Assembly: GCA_976551045.1 (NCBI GenBank) | Contig: CDPCPM010000275.1 | Location: 4,092,001 to 4,156,000 of the forward strand | Source: Glaucostegus cemiculus | Lineage: Eukaryota | DNA: 64,000 bases | Direction of reading: 5' to 3' | Shown here: one piece after another, positions 39,187-52,263 of the stretch | Layout: every line of letters begins with the position of its first letter | Position numbering within the stretch: position 1 is the stretch's first letter | Position numbers and translations under genes: made by a program | Notes under the pieces: generated by a model | Databases searched by the model: none | What the model was told of the DNA's origin: nothing | The model's input: only the letters and a program-made list of their open reading frames with translations

Positions 39187-40626
39187 GTAGCCCAGTGTGA
39201 GAGCACGGATATGCTGAGGAGAGGGGCTTGATGCTGTGGGAGTGCCAGGGCCAACTGGTGGCAGAAGGGTGATTCGATTCATGTGAATGGGGGCACTGAC
39301 TACAGAAAAAAGCAAGTGAAGGTAAATACTTGAGGTATTTTACTTTATTTTAATGCTTTTGATTGTTTGATAGTACTTTACAGTGTTTTTACTTCAATTC
39401 AGACTTTACCTTTTAAATTTGTAATGCTTTTAATTATTTAATTCTATTTGAGTAGCATTATACATCCTTATTCGAGAGATTTAAATACAGTTCAAAAGCC
39501 TTTGACAGCTTATCATGGTTGGAGATTGTGTGCATATTCATGAGCCAGTGTCTTATCAACATATTAGCAGTGGCCGAGTTTTTGTATGTTGCTCCATCTT
39601 GGGATATGTCTCAGGTGTGGAGGGTCAGTTCATTGAACCGTCCACTTCTGGGAAAAGGAGCAGGCTGGGTCCAACAGGATCCAGCCCATTATAAAAAGTC
39701 TAAAAAGTAGGGGCTGCAAGTCAGTTTTGCTCTTACTGTGTAACTACATCAATGTAAATAATTGTTGGATGATAAGTGGTACATTGACACCAGCCGGCAG
39801 TTTGATGAGATCTGTTTACTCTTCAGTCTAAATATCTACAGTGGTGATAGCTATTCAACAATTGGTAATTGGTTTAAGTTAGAAACCAAATTGCATAGGT
39901 GATTTATAGAGGCTTGCCTTTACTTGTGAATAAAACAAGCAGTGCCACTCCTCTGGTAATACACTCCAAGTTGGCTGTCTATGAATATAACCTTCATTAT
40001 GACTTCTGTTCTAAACCACTCAAAATGAAGTTGATGGAAAGACAGACACCAGTTTATGGTTTTCATTGAAAAATGAACGAGTCCACAGAATGGATTCATT
40101 AAACTACAGCAAATTCTCACATAACAAGAATGGAATGGGACCTTGAATTCAGTCAGAGCAAACCCATAGATGTATTCAGAAAAAGATAATGTTGAGAAAC
40201 AAAACACCCAAAAGTTTCTGTTTGTACATACAGTCATAGCAAGTTGTCAGGTATCTGAAATATCATGTTGTAAAAGTAGTATTTAAACAGTTAAGACATT
40301 GCCATACAGAACTTACTGAGAACTGCATTCCTGAAGTGGGATTATTTATAAATGGTTTTAAGAACCAAAATAAACTGTCATAGAAATGCACATGTCCAAA
40401 TGTAGCAGAGATAAGTAGGAAGGAGTAGATAAATATTGCTAGTAATTGAGGAGATAAAGGATGAGTTGCATAACACAGGGAATAATTTACTGAATGAAAG
40501 TTTAAATCAACTTTATGAAAACATTTTAAGTAAACATACTATTTGTAAACTACATTAAACTTATTTCAAAATGTAGAATTAATTCTATTTAATTCTAATT
40601 AATTCTATAGAGATAAAATCACTAAC

Positions 40627-40748
40627 CTGTGCTAAATGGAATGGAATAGACAAAAGTTCCTGGAAGTTGTTCTGCTGACTTTCTGTACCACAGAGGGAAA
40701 TGATCTGCTGTAAAAATATTTTCCTTGTCTTGTGGACTCAAGAAGTCT
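40627..40748 (-). CDS. CACNA2D3: CACNA2D3 coding exon, 122 nt
   Basis: gcttcaag|(Q)[40 protein letters not shown](E)|gttagt; human [40 protein letters not shown]. Phase 2/1. Confidence 0.97.
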
Positions 40749-41264
40749 CTTGAAGCAGGGAAAAAATATGAAATGCATATAGTTATTTTTTTTAATTTTC
40801 TAAAAGGACTAGTATGTTATTTTCACAGTTAATGGGTCACAGTTCCAACACACAGTTTCCACTTCCACTGCTTCTTAACCTGCTATAAAATTATGTGGTC
40901 TAGAATTAAATCCAAAACAGCTGCAGTTTTGGTCAATGAAGTGAACACATTTGACTACACCCTTATTCTGAAAATTAATCTTTAAACTTCTGTGGTCTAT
41001 TAAACAATTTCTCTTTCCATTCAAGGGGCATGACATTGCTCACTGAAGCACTAATGAATGGCACATAGTGTTGTATCCTGTAGGTTTAATGTACGCTTAC
41101 TGTGAATTTCCAGCTTTCGCTGTAAAAAAAACTAAAACTTTCCCCAGGGATTAAAAGGAAATACTGAATGACAATAATCCCTGAGAGTTTACAGATGATA
41201 CTTTGGGTTATCTGATACTGGCAGGTGTTACCACATGGTGGGTTTCAAAGGCAGACAAAATGGA

Positions 41265-43625
41265 TATTTATATTCATTTGTGGAATGAAGATATCAGTGT
41301 CAAGGCCAGTATCTATTGCCCAACCCTAGTTGCCCCTGAGGAGTTGGAATTAATCACCATCCTAAAGCACAGCAGCCCCTCTGAATAATCCCGTGGTGTT
41401 GAAGGGGAGGTTGTTCCAGGGTTTAGGCCCAGTGACATTGCAGGAATAGCAATATATTTTCAAGTCAAGATAGTGTGTAACTTGGAGGGAAACAGGTTAC
41501 AGGGTTCTCATGTACCTGCTTCCCTTGTCCTTCTTCCAAATATTTACAGATTTTCATAGAACTTCAGCCCATCAGGTCCACATCAGTTCACAGAGCAATC
41601 CCATCACCCTACTAATTTTCTCTGTAACCTGTTCTCTACACTTTCCCATCAACTCCACACAGGTTCTATCACTCACCTACGCACTAGGGGCAACTTACAG
41701 TAGCCAATTAACCTACCAATGTGCATGTCTTTGATATGTAGGAAATCAGAGCAGCTGGAAGAAACCCACATAGTTGCAGTTATGCTGGAAGAAATATCAT
41801 TGATAAGTAAGCTGAAGATGACTGGGCCTAGGAAGCTGCCTTGATGAACTCCTGCACAGATGTACTGGGAATGGGATGACTGAACTTTGGGCAAGTTATG
41901 GCTCCAGTCAGTGGAGACTTTTCCCCTTGATTCCCATTGACTTTAGTTCCACCAGGGCTCCTTGATGCTACATTCAGTCAAACACTGATTTCATGTCAGA
42001 GATAGTCATTCTCATCTCACACCTGAAACTTAATTCTTGGGTCCATATTTGAATTAAAGCTGTAATGTGGTTCTGGAGCAGAGAGGTGAAACACAACTGG
42101 GTGTTGGTGAGATTATTGGAGAATAGGTGCCACTTGACAGCATTGTCAACAACACCTTCTAGGGTTTTGTAGATGATGGCCTTCAGATTAATGAAGTAGC
42201 CAAACTGGATATATGGAGTCATAGAATCATACAGCACAGAGACAGGCCCTTCAGCCCACACTGTACTCATCAAGTACCCATCAATGCTAATCCCATTTAC
42301 CAGCACTTGATCTGTAGTCTGCTCTGTCCTAGTGATTCAAATGCTCATCTAGATACCTTCTAAGTGCTGTGAGAGTCTCTTCCTCCACTGCCTTCTCAGG
42401 CCACACATTCCAAATTCCAACTGTCCTCTGGATAAAAAAAAAATTCTTCCTTACTTCCTCTCTAAACCTTACCTTAAACCTATTCCCTCTGGTCATAAAT
42501 ACATCTGCTACAGTGAAATATTTACTACCTATACCCTCAATTTTGTATTCTACAATCAGGTCACCACTCAGACTCCTCCTCCAAGTCAGCCTATCCAGTG
42601 TCTCCTCATAAAAGAGACATTCCATACCGGGCAACATGCTGATGAACCACCTCTGTAACTTCTCCAGAGCAGTCACATTGTATCTATACTGTGGGGATCA
42701 AAAAGCACACAATATTCCAGATGTGGCCTCACCGATGTTTTACAAAGCTGTACCATAACTTCCTTGCTCTTATATTCAATGTCCTGGCTAATGAAGGCTA
42801 GCATCTCGTAGGCTGCCTTTACCATTCTATCCACCTGTGCTGCACCTTTGGCAGTCTTTGGATTTGTACATCAAGGTCTCACTGGTCCTTATTATTCCTT
42901 TGGGCCCTAACATTCATTGTGTATGTCCTACTCTTAACTGATCTCCCAAAACACATCACCTTCTGTGGATAGGACATACCTGAATAATTTTTCACATTGT
43001 CAGGTAGATGGTATTGCTGCAAGTGTATCTGTAGGGTATATAAATAAATGTCATAAGACTGTATGAGTATTTGACAATGTGAGTGCTGTTCTACGCACAC
43101 CAGACACAATTTCTAGCTGCTAGATCTGTGTTTCTTGTGTATTTTACTCTCCACATGCTGCATGCCACTGAACTGAAGATCAGGAACCTACTGGGGCGCA
43201 CACATCTAGAGATATAGCTGGTTTTGGAACTAGTTTTAAGCTAGATGTTATCTGGTACTGTACCTTTTGCTATATCCATTGCTCTCAGCTGTTAATATCA
43301 TGTGGGATGAATCAAATTAGTTCAAGTCAGGCTTCAATGATGCCAGGGGCCTCAGAAGGAAGCATTTCTGGCTGAACATAATTACAAAGCTTCAGTCTCA
43401 TCTTTGGCACTCACGAACTAGGTTTTGTCACTGAGGATCTGAACGTTATTATGGTGTCCTCTTCCTGCGAGCTACTTCATTGTCTATCACTATTTGTGAC
43501 TAGATATAGCAATACTGCAGACCTTTGATCCAGCATATCTATCAGTGTGGCATCACTAAGCTCTATCTTTGCCAGCTGATCTTGCTCACATGTAATCCTG
43601 TGTTGCTTCCCTGGCTTGATGGGTA
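41265..43625 (-). mobile_element. CR1/L2-group LINE, same family as 29640-31570, interrupted by a V-SINE (about 41545-41775) and a HER1-like CR1 (about 42215-42960)
   Basis: ORF 41673 has AGVHQGSFLGPVIFSLLINDISS. ORF 41974 ends HITALIQIWTQELSFRCEMRMTISDMKSVFD. ORF 42329 has ALEKLQRWFISMLPGMECLFYEETLDRL...FFIQRTVGIWN. Confidence 0.85.
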
Positions 43626-45639
43626 TGGCAGTGTAAAATATATGTTGGGCCTTTATGTTATGGATTATATAAGATTACATGGTATATACAGCACAGAAAA
43701 AGGCCTTCGGACTCATCTGTGGTGGACTTTTGTTCCACTTAATCCTCCTCCTGTCTTCTCTCATCTAAATCTATCAGCATAACCCTCCGTTCCTTTCAGC
43801 TTCTACCTTAAATATATCTGTGCCGTTTGTGTCAACCACTTCCTATGATGGTAAATACCATACTTTCACCATTCTTTGGGTAGACAAGCTTCTTCTGAAC
43901 TCCCAGCTGGAGGAATCTGGTTCTGCTGCTTCTGATGGTCCACAGGAGTTCATAGATTCCTTGTTTTAGACCCATTCAATCTGTTCCTAATCCACTTGTT
44001 TTAATAGGGCAGAAGTGTCACACACATGATGGAGAGTGTTTTTAGTGTAAAGGTGGAGCTTAAGGTCTATAAGGAACATCATCTGATTGATACATATGAT
44101 GGTTGGGGGAAGAGGCTAATTGATGCTTCAAGCATCCTAAGATTTCACGTCTGACACAAAGTCATTGTTTCAGTAATTTTTGTATTTGTGGGCTAATGGT
44201 GATTTATTCAAAGGGAAAAAATAGTTCAAATCTAGACCAATCACGTAAGCTTGAATTTCTTCTTCTTATCATGGGCCAAGAAACACTCTCTTACCATTAA
44301 CTGAACCAAGCGAACCTATCCAGTTTTATCATAGGCTTGTGACCTGGAATAATGTGTCTCCTAATCTTGGACTGAGATAAGTACGAAAGGGTAAGAATTC
44401 CCAATGCCACAATAGCACACAATGGGCAAAATTCTACTCTTCAGAGCATGGCTTATTTTGGCTTTATTTCTACAACATGTAATCTTGTCTGCAAATCTGT
44501 ATGTTAACCTAGTATACTGGGTTATTCTAAACCTCAATTTATTATGCTTTAGAGCCTCCTGGATGAAGCAAGCTCACAATATACAGCAATAATACAACAC
44601 TAAAAACAGTATGTGCACTATTAAACACAATGGAGATTTCAGCATTAAAAGCATATCTGGAATGCGCACACTCAATCACAGAATGCTCCATTTCTTCAGA
44701 AACCCTTACAAATGAGCATTCAGCACAAACTGTATCACTTTATATGTAGACAAGTGTAAACTTTCTGTGATTCTGTGAATATCTTAAGGGAGAAATTTCA
44801 AGAAAATATTCGATTGGATGTTAGTTAATCAATTGAAAGAACTAATAATATAATGCTAATTAAAGATATAAAAGGTACCTAATTATAAATAAAGGTCCTA
44901 ATTTGACATTGAGTTACTTAATGTAATACTTTAAACCTTCTAATTTTAGAACAGATAAGAAAGTCACTCGAGAAGGCTCTAGTATTACTATTTGCCTTTC
45001 TCAACTTGTAAATTTCAATGTTAGGACTAAATTTCTCCACATGTGACATTACTTCCAAATCTACATCAAAAATATTAAGTACCAATACTTTTATTCATGC
45101 CACCTGGTCCTAGTGATGATGATAACTGGTTCAGGCATGTCACTGTCAGACAATGGTGTCATTGCTATCAACGACTCAATGAGGCAGGAACGTCAGCTCC
45201 CAAAGCAATGGGTCCTACAGCTGACAGTCAGCCTATGTCACTTGGCAACTCATTTCTAATGGTAATTTTAAACATGTCAGTTTGAGACTAAACAAAAGAT
45301 AATTCAGGAGAGTCACCCTGAGCATTGCTTTTTTTTTATAATCTTTAAACAGTTTCTTATTCATTTACAAAAAGTCAATCTTGAATCTACAGAGGATGTG
45401 ATTTAAAGTTGTATTCTCCTTTTAATTGCACCAAAACATTGCAGTGAGCTTGGTTCTGATCAAAGGTGTAAATACCATTGAACCAATATTGAACTGGCCA
45501 TTTCTATGTGTCATCATTTTGGTTCAATTTTTCTTTTCCTCTGCCTGTTTGGCATGTCCTACAGTTTTGCTATTATCAACATATTACACAGATTAAGCAG
45601 CATAATCTGATCCTAACTACCACTGCTACAGCTACATTT

Positions 45640-45848
45640 ACTCATTTAGTCTCACCCTATCAGAGATGTTCCCTTGGTTCTAACTATCCGTGCCCACATC
45701 TTCTCTGTTACTGACCACTAACTTGTTTTGTCTCTTTCTCACTTCTGATGAGAGGTCCTGGACCTGAAATGTTAACTCTTTCTACCGGTGCTGCCTCACC
45801 TGCTGATTATTCTTTTCTTGCTTTGTTTCGGATTTCCAGCATCTGCAT
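45640..45848 (+). mobile_element. Penelope-like terminus with hammerhead-like core (45745-45769)
   Basis: ACTT-CTGATGA-G-AGGTC-CTG-GACCT-GAAATGTT-AACT, then gctgcctcacctgctga...gatttccagcatctgca. Confidence 0.75.
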
Positions 45849-47002
45849 TTTTAAAAAATGTTACTATTGCAGAAGTACTGTTTTGCAGGGAAACTTGGGA
45901 GCCAATTTCTGCACAAAAAGAGACTGAATAATCAAGGGGTAAAATTGAGAAGCACCTAAAATTGATTCATCACCACATTGTTATTGAAGAGGGTTTGAAT
46001 GTCAGTGATACTGGGTGACTCAGGGTTACATTAGTACTCCGTTGCTCCTGGTATGACACTGAATGCTTCTACAGTCAGATCTCTGTATGGGAGCGATGCA
46101 AAAGAAGCACTACGCCCAGACCGAAAGATAAGCATTGGACAACATCAATGTTCTTGCACCTATGAAATGGTATATTTTATTTACATATGAGATGATGAAT
46201 GAGTTTCAATTTAATATTGGGACAGCCCCTCAACAGTACCCCAGTTCCTCATTAATAAACATGAATATCATTGCAGATTAAGTGCTCCTGTCAGTAAGAG
46301 AACCTTACTTGCAATGTCCACATTGGTGGAAGGACTACCATTTGCCTATGTAGTAAATCATCCAGCATGGCAGGATACAATGCACACTAATTGAATTGCA
46401 ATTATACTCTCCACCATATAAACCAAGGTCAAAAAAGGCATCTAGGGCCAACATTTGAAATGGGTGTTATTCCTTTTGCTTGTTCAAATATGAAGCCAAA
46501 TGACAATTTAAGATGCCCATGAAAATTTGACTGCAATGAAAGCACTCTCCTTTCCATCACCTCTCTTCAACGTCGCCTTGAGCTACCATCCATCTCTTCC
46601 TACCCCCATCAAAATCAATCTCCATTCCCACATTCCCTTCTGATTGATATCCCTTTAAGAATTTACTTCAGGATCATTGCTGGCACAGTGGCCTTGTAAT
46701 TCACAACTTCTTTAATAACAATTTGGTTAAAACCTGGTATCAGATGACCCTCAAGCTTAACCTTTAAAGCAGAAGGAATGAATGTGCCATGGTATGTCTA
46801 TCATTCATTTCCTAACTTAATTCTTGAAATGACCTATCTGAGCACATGAATGTAAAAAAATTGCACTGAATATGTATTGTGAATTTCAACAGATACTGGG
46901 TCCATTGTAGTATGAGTTTTCCCACAGATTAAATGCCAATCAAAGCATAAAGTTTACAGGAATTCAGAGTTTTTCATGTGTTTCCTTATGTGGTTTCCAA
47001 TA

Positions 47003-47462
47003 TCAGAATCAAATTTATTATCACTGTCTTATATGGCATGAAATGTGTTGTTTTGCAGCAGCAGTACTGTGCAAAGGCATAAAATTACTATAAATTACAA
47101 AAATAAATAAATAGTGTGAAAGAAAAGAATAACAAGGTAGTGTTCATAGGTTCATGGACTATTTAGAAATCTGATAGTGGAGGGAAAGAAGCTGTTCCTG
47201 AATCATTGAGTGTGGGTCTTCAGGGACCTGTACCTCCTCCCTGATGGTAGTAATGAGAAGAGGGCATGTCCCGATGGTGAGGGATGCCACCTACTTGAGA
47301 CACCACCTCTTGAAGATGTCCTCAATAGTGGGGAGGGTTGTTCCCGAGATGGAGCTGGCTGAGTCTACAAGCTTCTGTAGCCTCTTGCAATCCTGTGCAT
47401 TGGAGGCTCCATACCAGGCTGTGATACAACCAGTCAGAATGCTCTCCACCATACATCTGTAA
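47003..47462 (-). mobile_element. Rex1/Babar-like LINE 3' end
   Basis: The minus strand encodes YRCMVESILTGCITAWYGASNAQDCKRLQKLVDSASSISGTTLPTIEDIF, a typical Rex1 C-terminal region. Confidence 0.85.
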
Positions 47463-47639
47463 GAGTGTTACAAATTTCTATAGATGTACACTAAATAATG
47501 GTGTTTAGTGTTCATTATTGAGAGTGATGTCAGTGCTGGGAATTGAACTTCTTACACTGTTTCTCCATCAACCCTTCAACATAAGTTGAACTTCACTATA
47601 AGTTGCATGATGAAGGACAAATTGCAGCATAAGATGGAA

Positions 47640-47758
47640 CTCTGAAATAACACCAGACAATACTGGAAACACTCATCAGGTGAGGCGTCCAACATTAACC
47701 CTCCCCTTCTTTCTTCACTGCTTGAACTGCTGAGTGTCTCCAACATTTTCTGTTGTTA
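47640..47758. mobile_element. Short head-to-head Penelope-like terminus pair
   Basis: aacaccagacaatactggaaacactcatcagg and ctgctgagtgtctccaacattttctgttgtt are imperfect reverse complements. Confidence 0.55.
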
Positions 47759-49819
47759 ACAAGCTGGATGATGGCTGGGTTCAAGGTAATGCTATGTCCA
47801 TTAGGTCCGATAATGTGCCTTAAAGCAACCATTGGAACACTGTTCCTTGCCAAACTGTTCCTTGTCCCTTTCCTTTTATCACATTCACCCTCTTTGTGGA
47901 TTTTCTGAATAAGACTTCAAGATGAGCTGTGAATAATTTTGTGCAGTCAACATTCAGTTAAAGGGAAATAAATGATACTGCAAAAATTTATTTCACTTTA
48001 TCACTCATAGACAGAAAGTTGAATGTCACCATTTTAAGCTAGATCAGAATCACAATCATAAGACAGTTCTAATGGACTATTTTACTCAATTGTTTAAACA
48101 CATTGATTTTTAAGAGCTATATTTTGCACATTAAATTTAATGATTCCATTTGCGGTTTGAATTCTTTTGATGCCCTTTGAAGTTGTTAGATGTGTAAATA
48201 CATCATAAAATTAGATTAAAAGGGCATGATTCATGTGTTAAATTTTAAAGTACAATAAACTGACTGCAATTATAAAGAGCTGAGATATATGTGCTCTGAT
48301 TAATATACCAACGTTTATATAGAAATGGAAATCCATCTAGTGTCTGGGTAAAGTGAATAGGGACAGGGCAGATCAAAAGACATTGTACTACAATGCTTAC
48401 TCTCAAAAAAATGAGAAGGCTAGAGAACTCCTAGTGCAAACTTTTAAAACATCCTTGTACTTGCTCCTCTGTTCTAAAAAAAATCAATTTCCAGGTGGCA
48501 ATCACTTCCTTTTTTGAAGTACCATACAAATATTTTCCACAACTGCCCATCTACTTAATTGGGCATCTTGTTAACTTAATTGGGGTTAACAGCCATCACC
48601 TTTGTGCATATCCTGCTTTTGGACATACAATTAATCAGGATTCAGGTGTAAATGGATTTGGAATTATATGGGACAATTTCACACTAACTGAGAGTAAGTA
48701 ATAATTCTTTACACTACAAATGAATAAAAAAGGAAGCAATTGTATTGATCCAAATCCTAAGTCTCATGAAGTTAAAATTGCTTCAATGAGCTGGAATTTT
48801 GCAGGAATGCTACTATTAGACTGTGGTAGTTCCCAAACCCTAAATGTGATTTTGTGTCATAATTTACTGAACAAATAATTAGCATGCCCAGAAAAAAAGT
48901 TTAGTGCTGTGTGTGCATATTTTATTACCAGTTGCAAAACTTGCTATGTGCACAAGGTCAATAAAAATTCATAAGTTATATCAATTGAAAGAAAACTCTG
49001 AACATGTCTTGCTGTTAGTTTCAATGTCTAGTAGCCTGAGTGACAGAGTACTTTAATGATCCTAAGCACTTCACCAGCAATATTTCACAGTCTAGTTTCT
49101 GTTATGGTCTTAATGATAATTATTCAGCAAACTCGATCTCACCACTAATTTTAAGAGGGATGGATTATGATAATTGGTATTTTTCTTTGGTAAATGGCAA
49201 TATGGATTAGAACAAACATTCTAGAAAATAATTTTAGGACTGCCAACTAGGACCTGTTGCACTTTCCTGGGAGGAATCATTTAAAGCAGTTAGGCATTTC
49301 AGTTTGCTCCTGCCAAAATGCAACATAAATTACTAAATATAAAAAGTATTCCAATGTAATCTGTTCTGTGATTTGGTGTAAGGATGTACCTGCAGTTCTT
49401 CAAAGCTACAGTACATATTAATGTGCTGGATGTTACTTCTAAGGTGTTTTAGGTAGGATTCATTTAGGCTTGAATCATTATATCTCCATTGCAATCCTTT
49501 GCAATCTGCAAGGTTGCCACTGTCCATACACTGCAATTCAAGCTCTGGTGTACAACGGCAGTGTGGCAAATGTGGGATCAATTACTCTTCCACCCTGCAC
49601 TTTAAATCATAGCAGAATTACCCTTTGGAGGTCTGAATGTGGAGCAGGGACCTACCAGCAGTAAGCAGAGAATATGGAGTGTTAGCACTGGCTCCACATG
49701 GCATTGTTCACAACAGCTTCATCAACAGAAGTACTGGAGCAGACTGCACATCAAACTTATTTGTATACCAGCCCACACAAAATTTGCCTTAATCCTACAG
49801 AATCCAACATTCTAGCATC

Positions 49820-50240
49820 TAGAATACAGAACATACAACAGCACAGCACAAGATCCAGGCCCTTCAGCCAATCATGTCTGCACTGACCACGATGCCAATC
49901 TGAAGTAGTCCCACCTGCCTGCACATGGTCCATTCTCCTCTATTTCCTGCCTGTTCATGTGTCTGTCTAAATGCTTCTTAAACATTACTATCATATCTGC
50001 TTCTACCACCTCCCCTGCCATGCATTCCAGGCACTCTCTATGCAAAAAAAAACTTGTCTTACAAATATCCTTAAAACCTTGGAGACACAAAAGACTGCAG
50101 GTACTGGGATCTGGAGCAAAAAACAAGCGGCTCGAGTAACTCAGGGGTCTGGCAGCATCTATGGAAGCAAAGGGATAGTCGACATTTTGGGTCTGGACCC
50201 TATATCAGGACTTTAAACTTTCCCCTCTCACGTTAGAAAT
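49820..50240 (-). mobile_element. CR1 3' tail with a nested Penelope-like terminus (about 50081-50212)
   Basis: ORF 49872 has GEVVEADMIVMFKKHLDRHMN. The insert on the minus strand reads AGTC-CTGATAT-A-GGGTC-CA-GACCC-AAAATGTC-GACT. Confidence 0.8.
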
Positions 50241-50932
50241 GCATTTAAGAAACATCAAAAATCTTTTTAAAATTTGCTTTAAATATTTCCTTTGTTATGT
50301 TTAGGATGTCAGTTTGTAGGCAGCAGGGCATTTGCTCCTGTCTTGCTTGTTATTCTCAGCACTCAAGATTATTAGACTGCCACTTCAATCTGGCTCACAC
50401 CTTCATTCGCCCAGTGCAATTCCATTTGCTTTTATCCACCCAAAACTTGCATTATATTTGAGGTTTCAGGCTAAATATTCTATCACTTTAAAGAAGGAAC
50501 AGTTATGCTTACTGATTCAGGGTACTGACTTGGCAAGCTGGGGCAAAAGTAATGTCAGATTTATAGTTAAGAAGTATTTGCCTTCAAGATTCTTAGTGGG
50601 GGTTTGCTTTGGACATGTGATTCATTTTTCAAATTATGAGCTGGGGAGTTAATAATTCACATTTCCAACAGTTTGTGGTACAAAAATAATTGGAGATAAA
50701 AGATGAAAAACTCAGACCACTCACTGCAAGGTGTCTAACTCCATTATATACCAGGTTTTTATTTGTATTTTTATTTTCATAACATATTTAATAACCCATA
50801 CCTGTGATAATCAGGAGTATTTTCAAAACCATTTCATTATTACTGATTGAATCATTTAGTTTCATTATGAAAGCTGGCATATTTAAATGATAACATTTGG
50901 AGAAAAGCCAACAAAGATAAGTACAATTAAAC

Positions 50933-51040
50933 TGCAATGAAAAATATTTACAGATGATTTCAGAATTAGTTTCCAGGTTTTCATGGTTAGAAAAGCTTGG
51001 AAACTAATCTTGAAATCATCTGCAAGTGTTTTTCATTTCA
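50933..51040. repeat. Imperfect palindrome/hairpin, ~47-bp arms, 7-nt loop
   Basis: aatgaaaaatatttacagatgatttcagaattagtttccaggttttc-atggtta-gaaaagcttggaaactaatcttgaaatcatctgcaagtgtttttcatt. Confidence 0.9.
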
Positions 51041-51287
51041 TTCATGGTTATAATTATGAGATTTTAAACAAGCAAGTTCCTTCATTGGATAAAGATACCA
51101 TGATTATCATTGTGAATGTGTTATAATACTTCCATTGAACAATAGACCTTTTTAAATTAAATCATCAGTTACTTCACTTTATGAAAACTACAGAGCTTTA
51201 TGGTTAATTCTTTATAAGAAATAGCATAAATAACTGGTACATGTTTTTGTTGTTAAATGTACTATATTAACTGACAATGAGGCTTAC

Positions 51288-51383
51288 TGATCAGTCCGTT
51301 GTTCCGGTCCAACAAACAGATTGACACGACTTAGGCCTGTGCGAGTTCCCAAGAAAGAAACTTCAACTCCTTTGTCAGCATTT
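51288..51383 (-). CDS. CACNA2D3: CACNA2D3 coding exon, 96 nt
   Basis: tttcccag|(E)NADKGVEVSFLGTRTGLSRVNLFVGPEQRTD(Q)|gtaagc; human ENSDKGVEVAFLGTRTGLSRINLFVGAEQLTNQ. Phase 2/2. Confidence 0.97.
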
Positions 51384-52062
51384 CTGGGAAAAAAATTTCA
51401 ATACAATATGCATACATAGAACATAACAATCAACACATCCAAAATGGAATCTATACCTCAGCTGCAAGTATGGAAAACTACAATGTTCTTTGTCACTTTT
51501 TAGGTACTGAATAGGTAGCTGGCAATATTACAGAAGAAAAAACTCAAAGACAATGAAGTATGAAACAAAAACACAGACATGAAGGAAAAGGAAAAGTAAA
51601 ACTGTACGAACTAAGAAGTATAAAGCCCTGAACCAAATTCTAGAAATGGAGTTCAGCAATACTTATGCTGCTGTGTCACGTGTTTAGCGCATGGGGCCAA
51701 GAACAAATGTTAACCCCCTGAATATGTGCTTATTATATTTTGACATGGGAATAATTATAAATGCCAGAATAATTATTAAAATATCTCTGGGGATCATAGA
51801 ATGTGGGATTCTGTGCAAAAAACATGTATTTAAATGGCAATCTGAGCTTTATGTAACAGCATTTTTACACGAAGGTTAGCTGACCATTATAGCAACTATT
51901 TTTTCCTGCTGTTCATTGTTCACTTCATTTAACCAAAGAAAATGCTTTGAGAGATCTTTCTGTAGATGGAAAATGAAATAACAATAAAATATGTTAATAA
52001 AGAATACCCCTTACACTTTGTGTTTTGCTACATGCTGTCCAGGAATACCAGAAAGGTAGTAA

Positions 52063-52263
52063 CAAACAATCTGTTGGAGGAACTTCACAAGTTGAGCAGC
52101 ATCTATGCGGGGAAAGGAATTGCTGACTCTTTGTGTCAAGGATGCACGGTCTCGACACACAGGGTTGATAATTCCCCTCCATAGTTGCTGCTTGACCTGC
52201 TGAGTTCCTCCAGTAGATTGTTTGTTGCTCCAGATTCCAGCATTTGTAGTCTTTTGAGTCTCC
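52063..52263. mobile_element. Head-to-head Penelope-like terminus pair inserted as one unit, with 19-bp TSD
   Basis: TSD aataccagaaaggtagtaa (52044-52062) and aatatcagaaaggttgtaa (52264-52282), 17/19 identical. The arms aacaaacaatctgttggaggaact... and ...agttcctccagtagattgtttgtt are inverted. Confidence 0.85.

Noticed and set aside
35603-40237. Longer minus-strand ORFs (35603..35968, 39920..40237) as extra or alternative CACNA2D3 exons
   Set aside because: They have no similarity to alpha2delta, and the flanking true exons already join in frame and collinearly. The same applies to ORF 62360..62638 and the other short ORFs.
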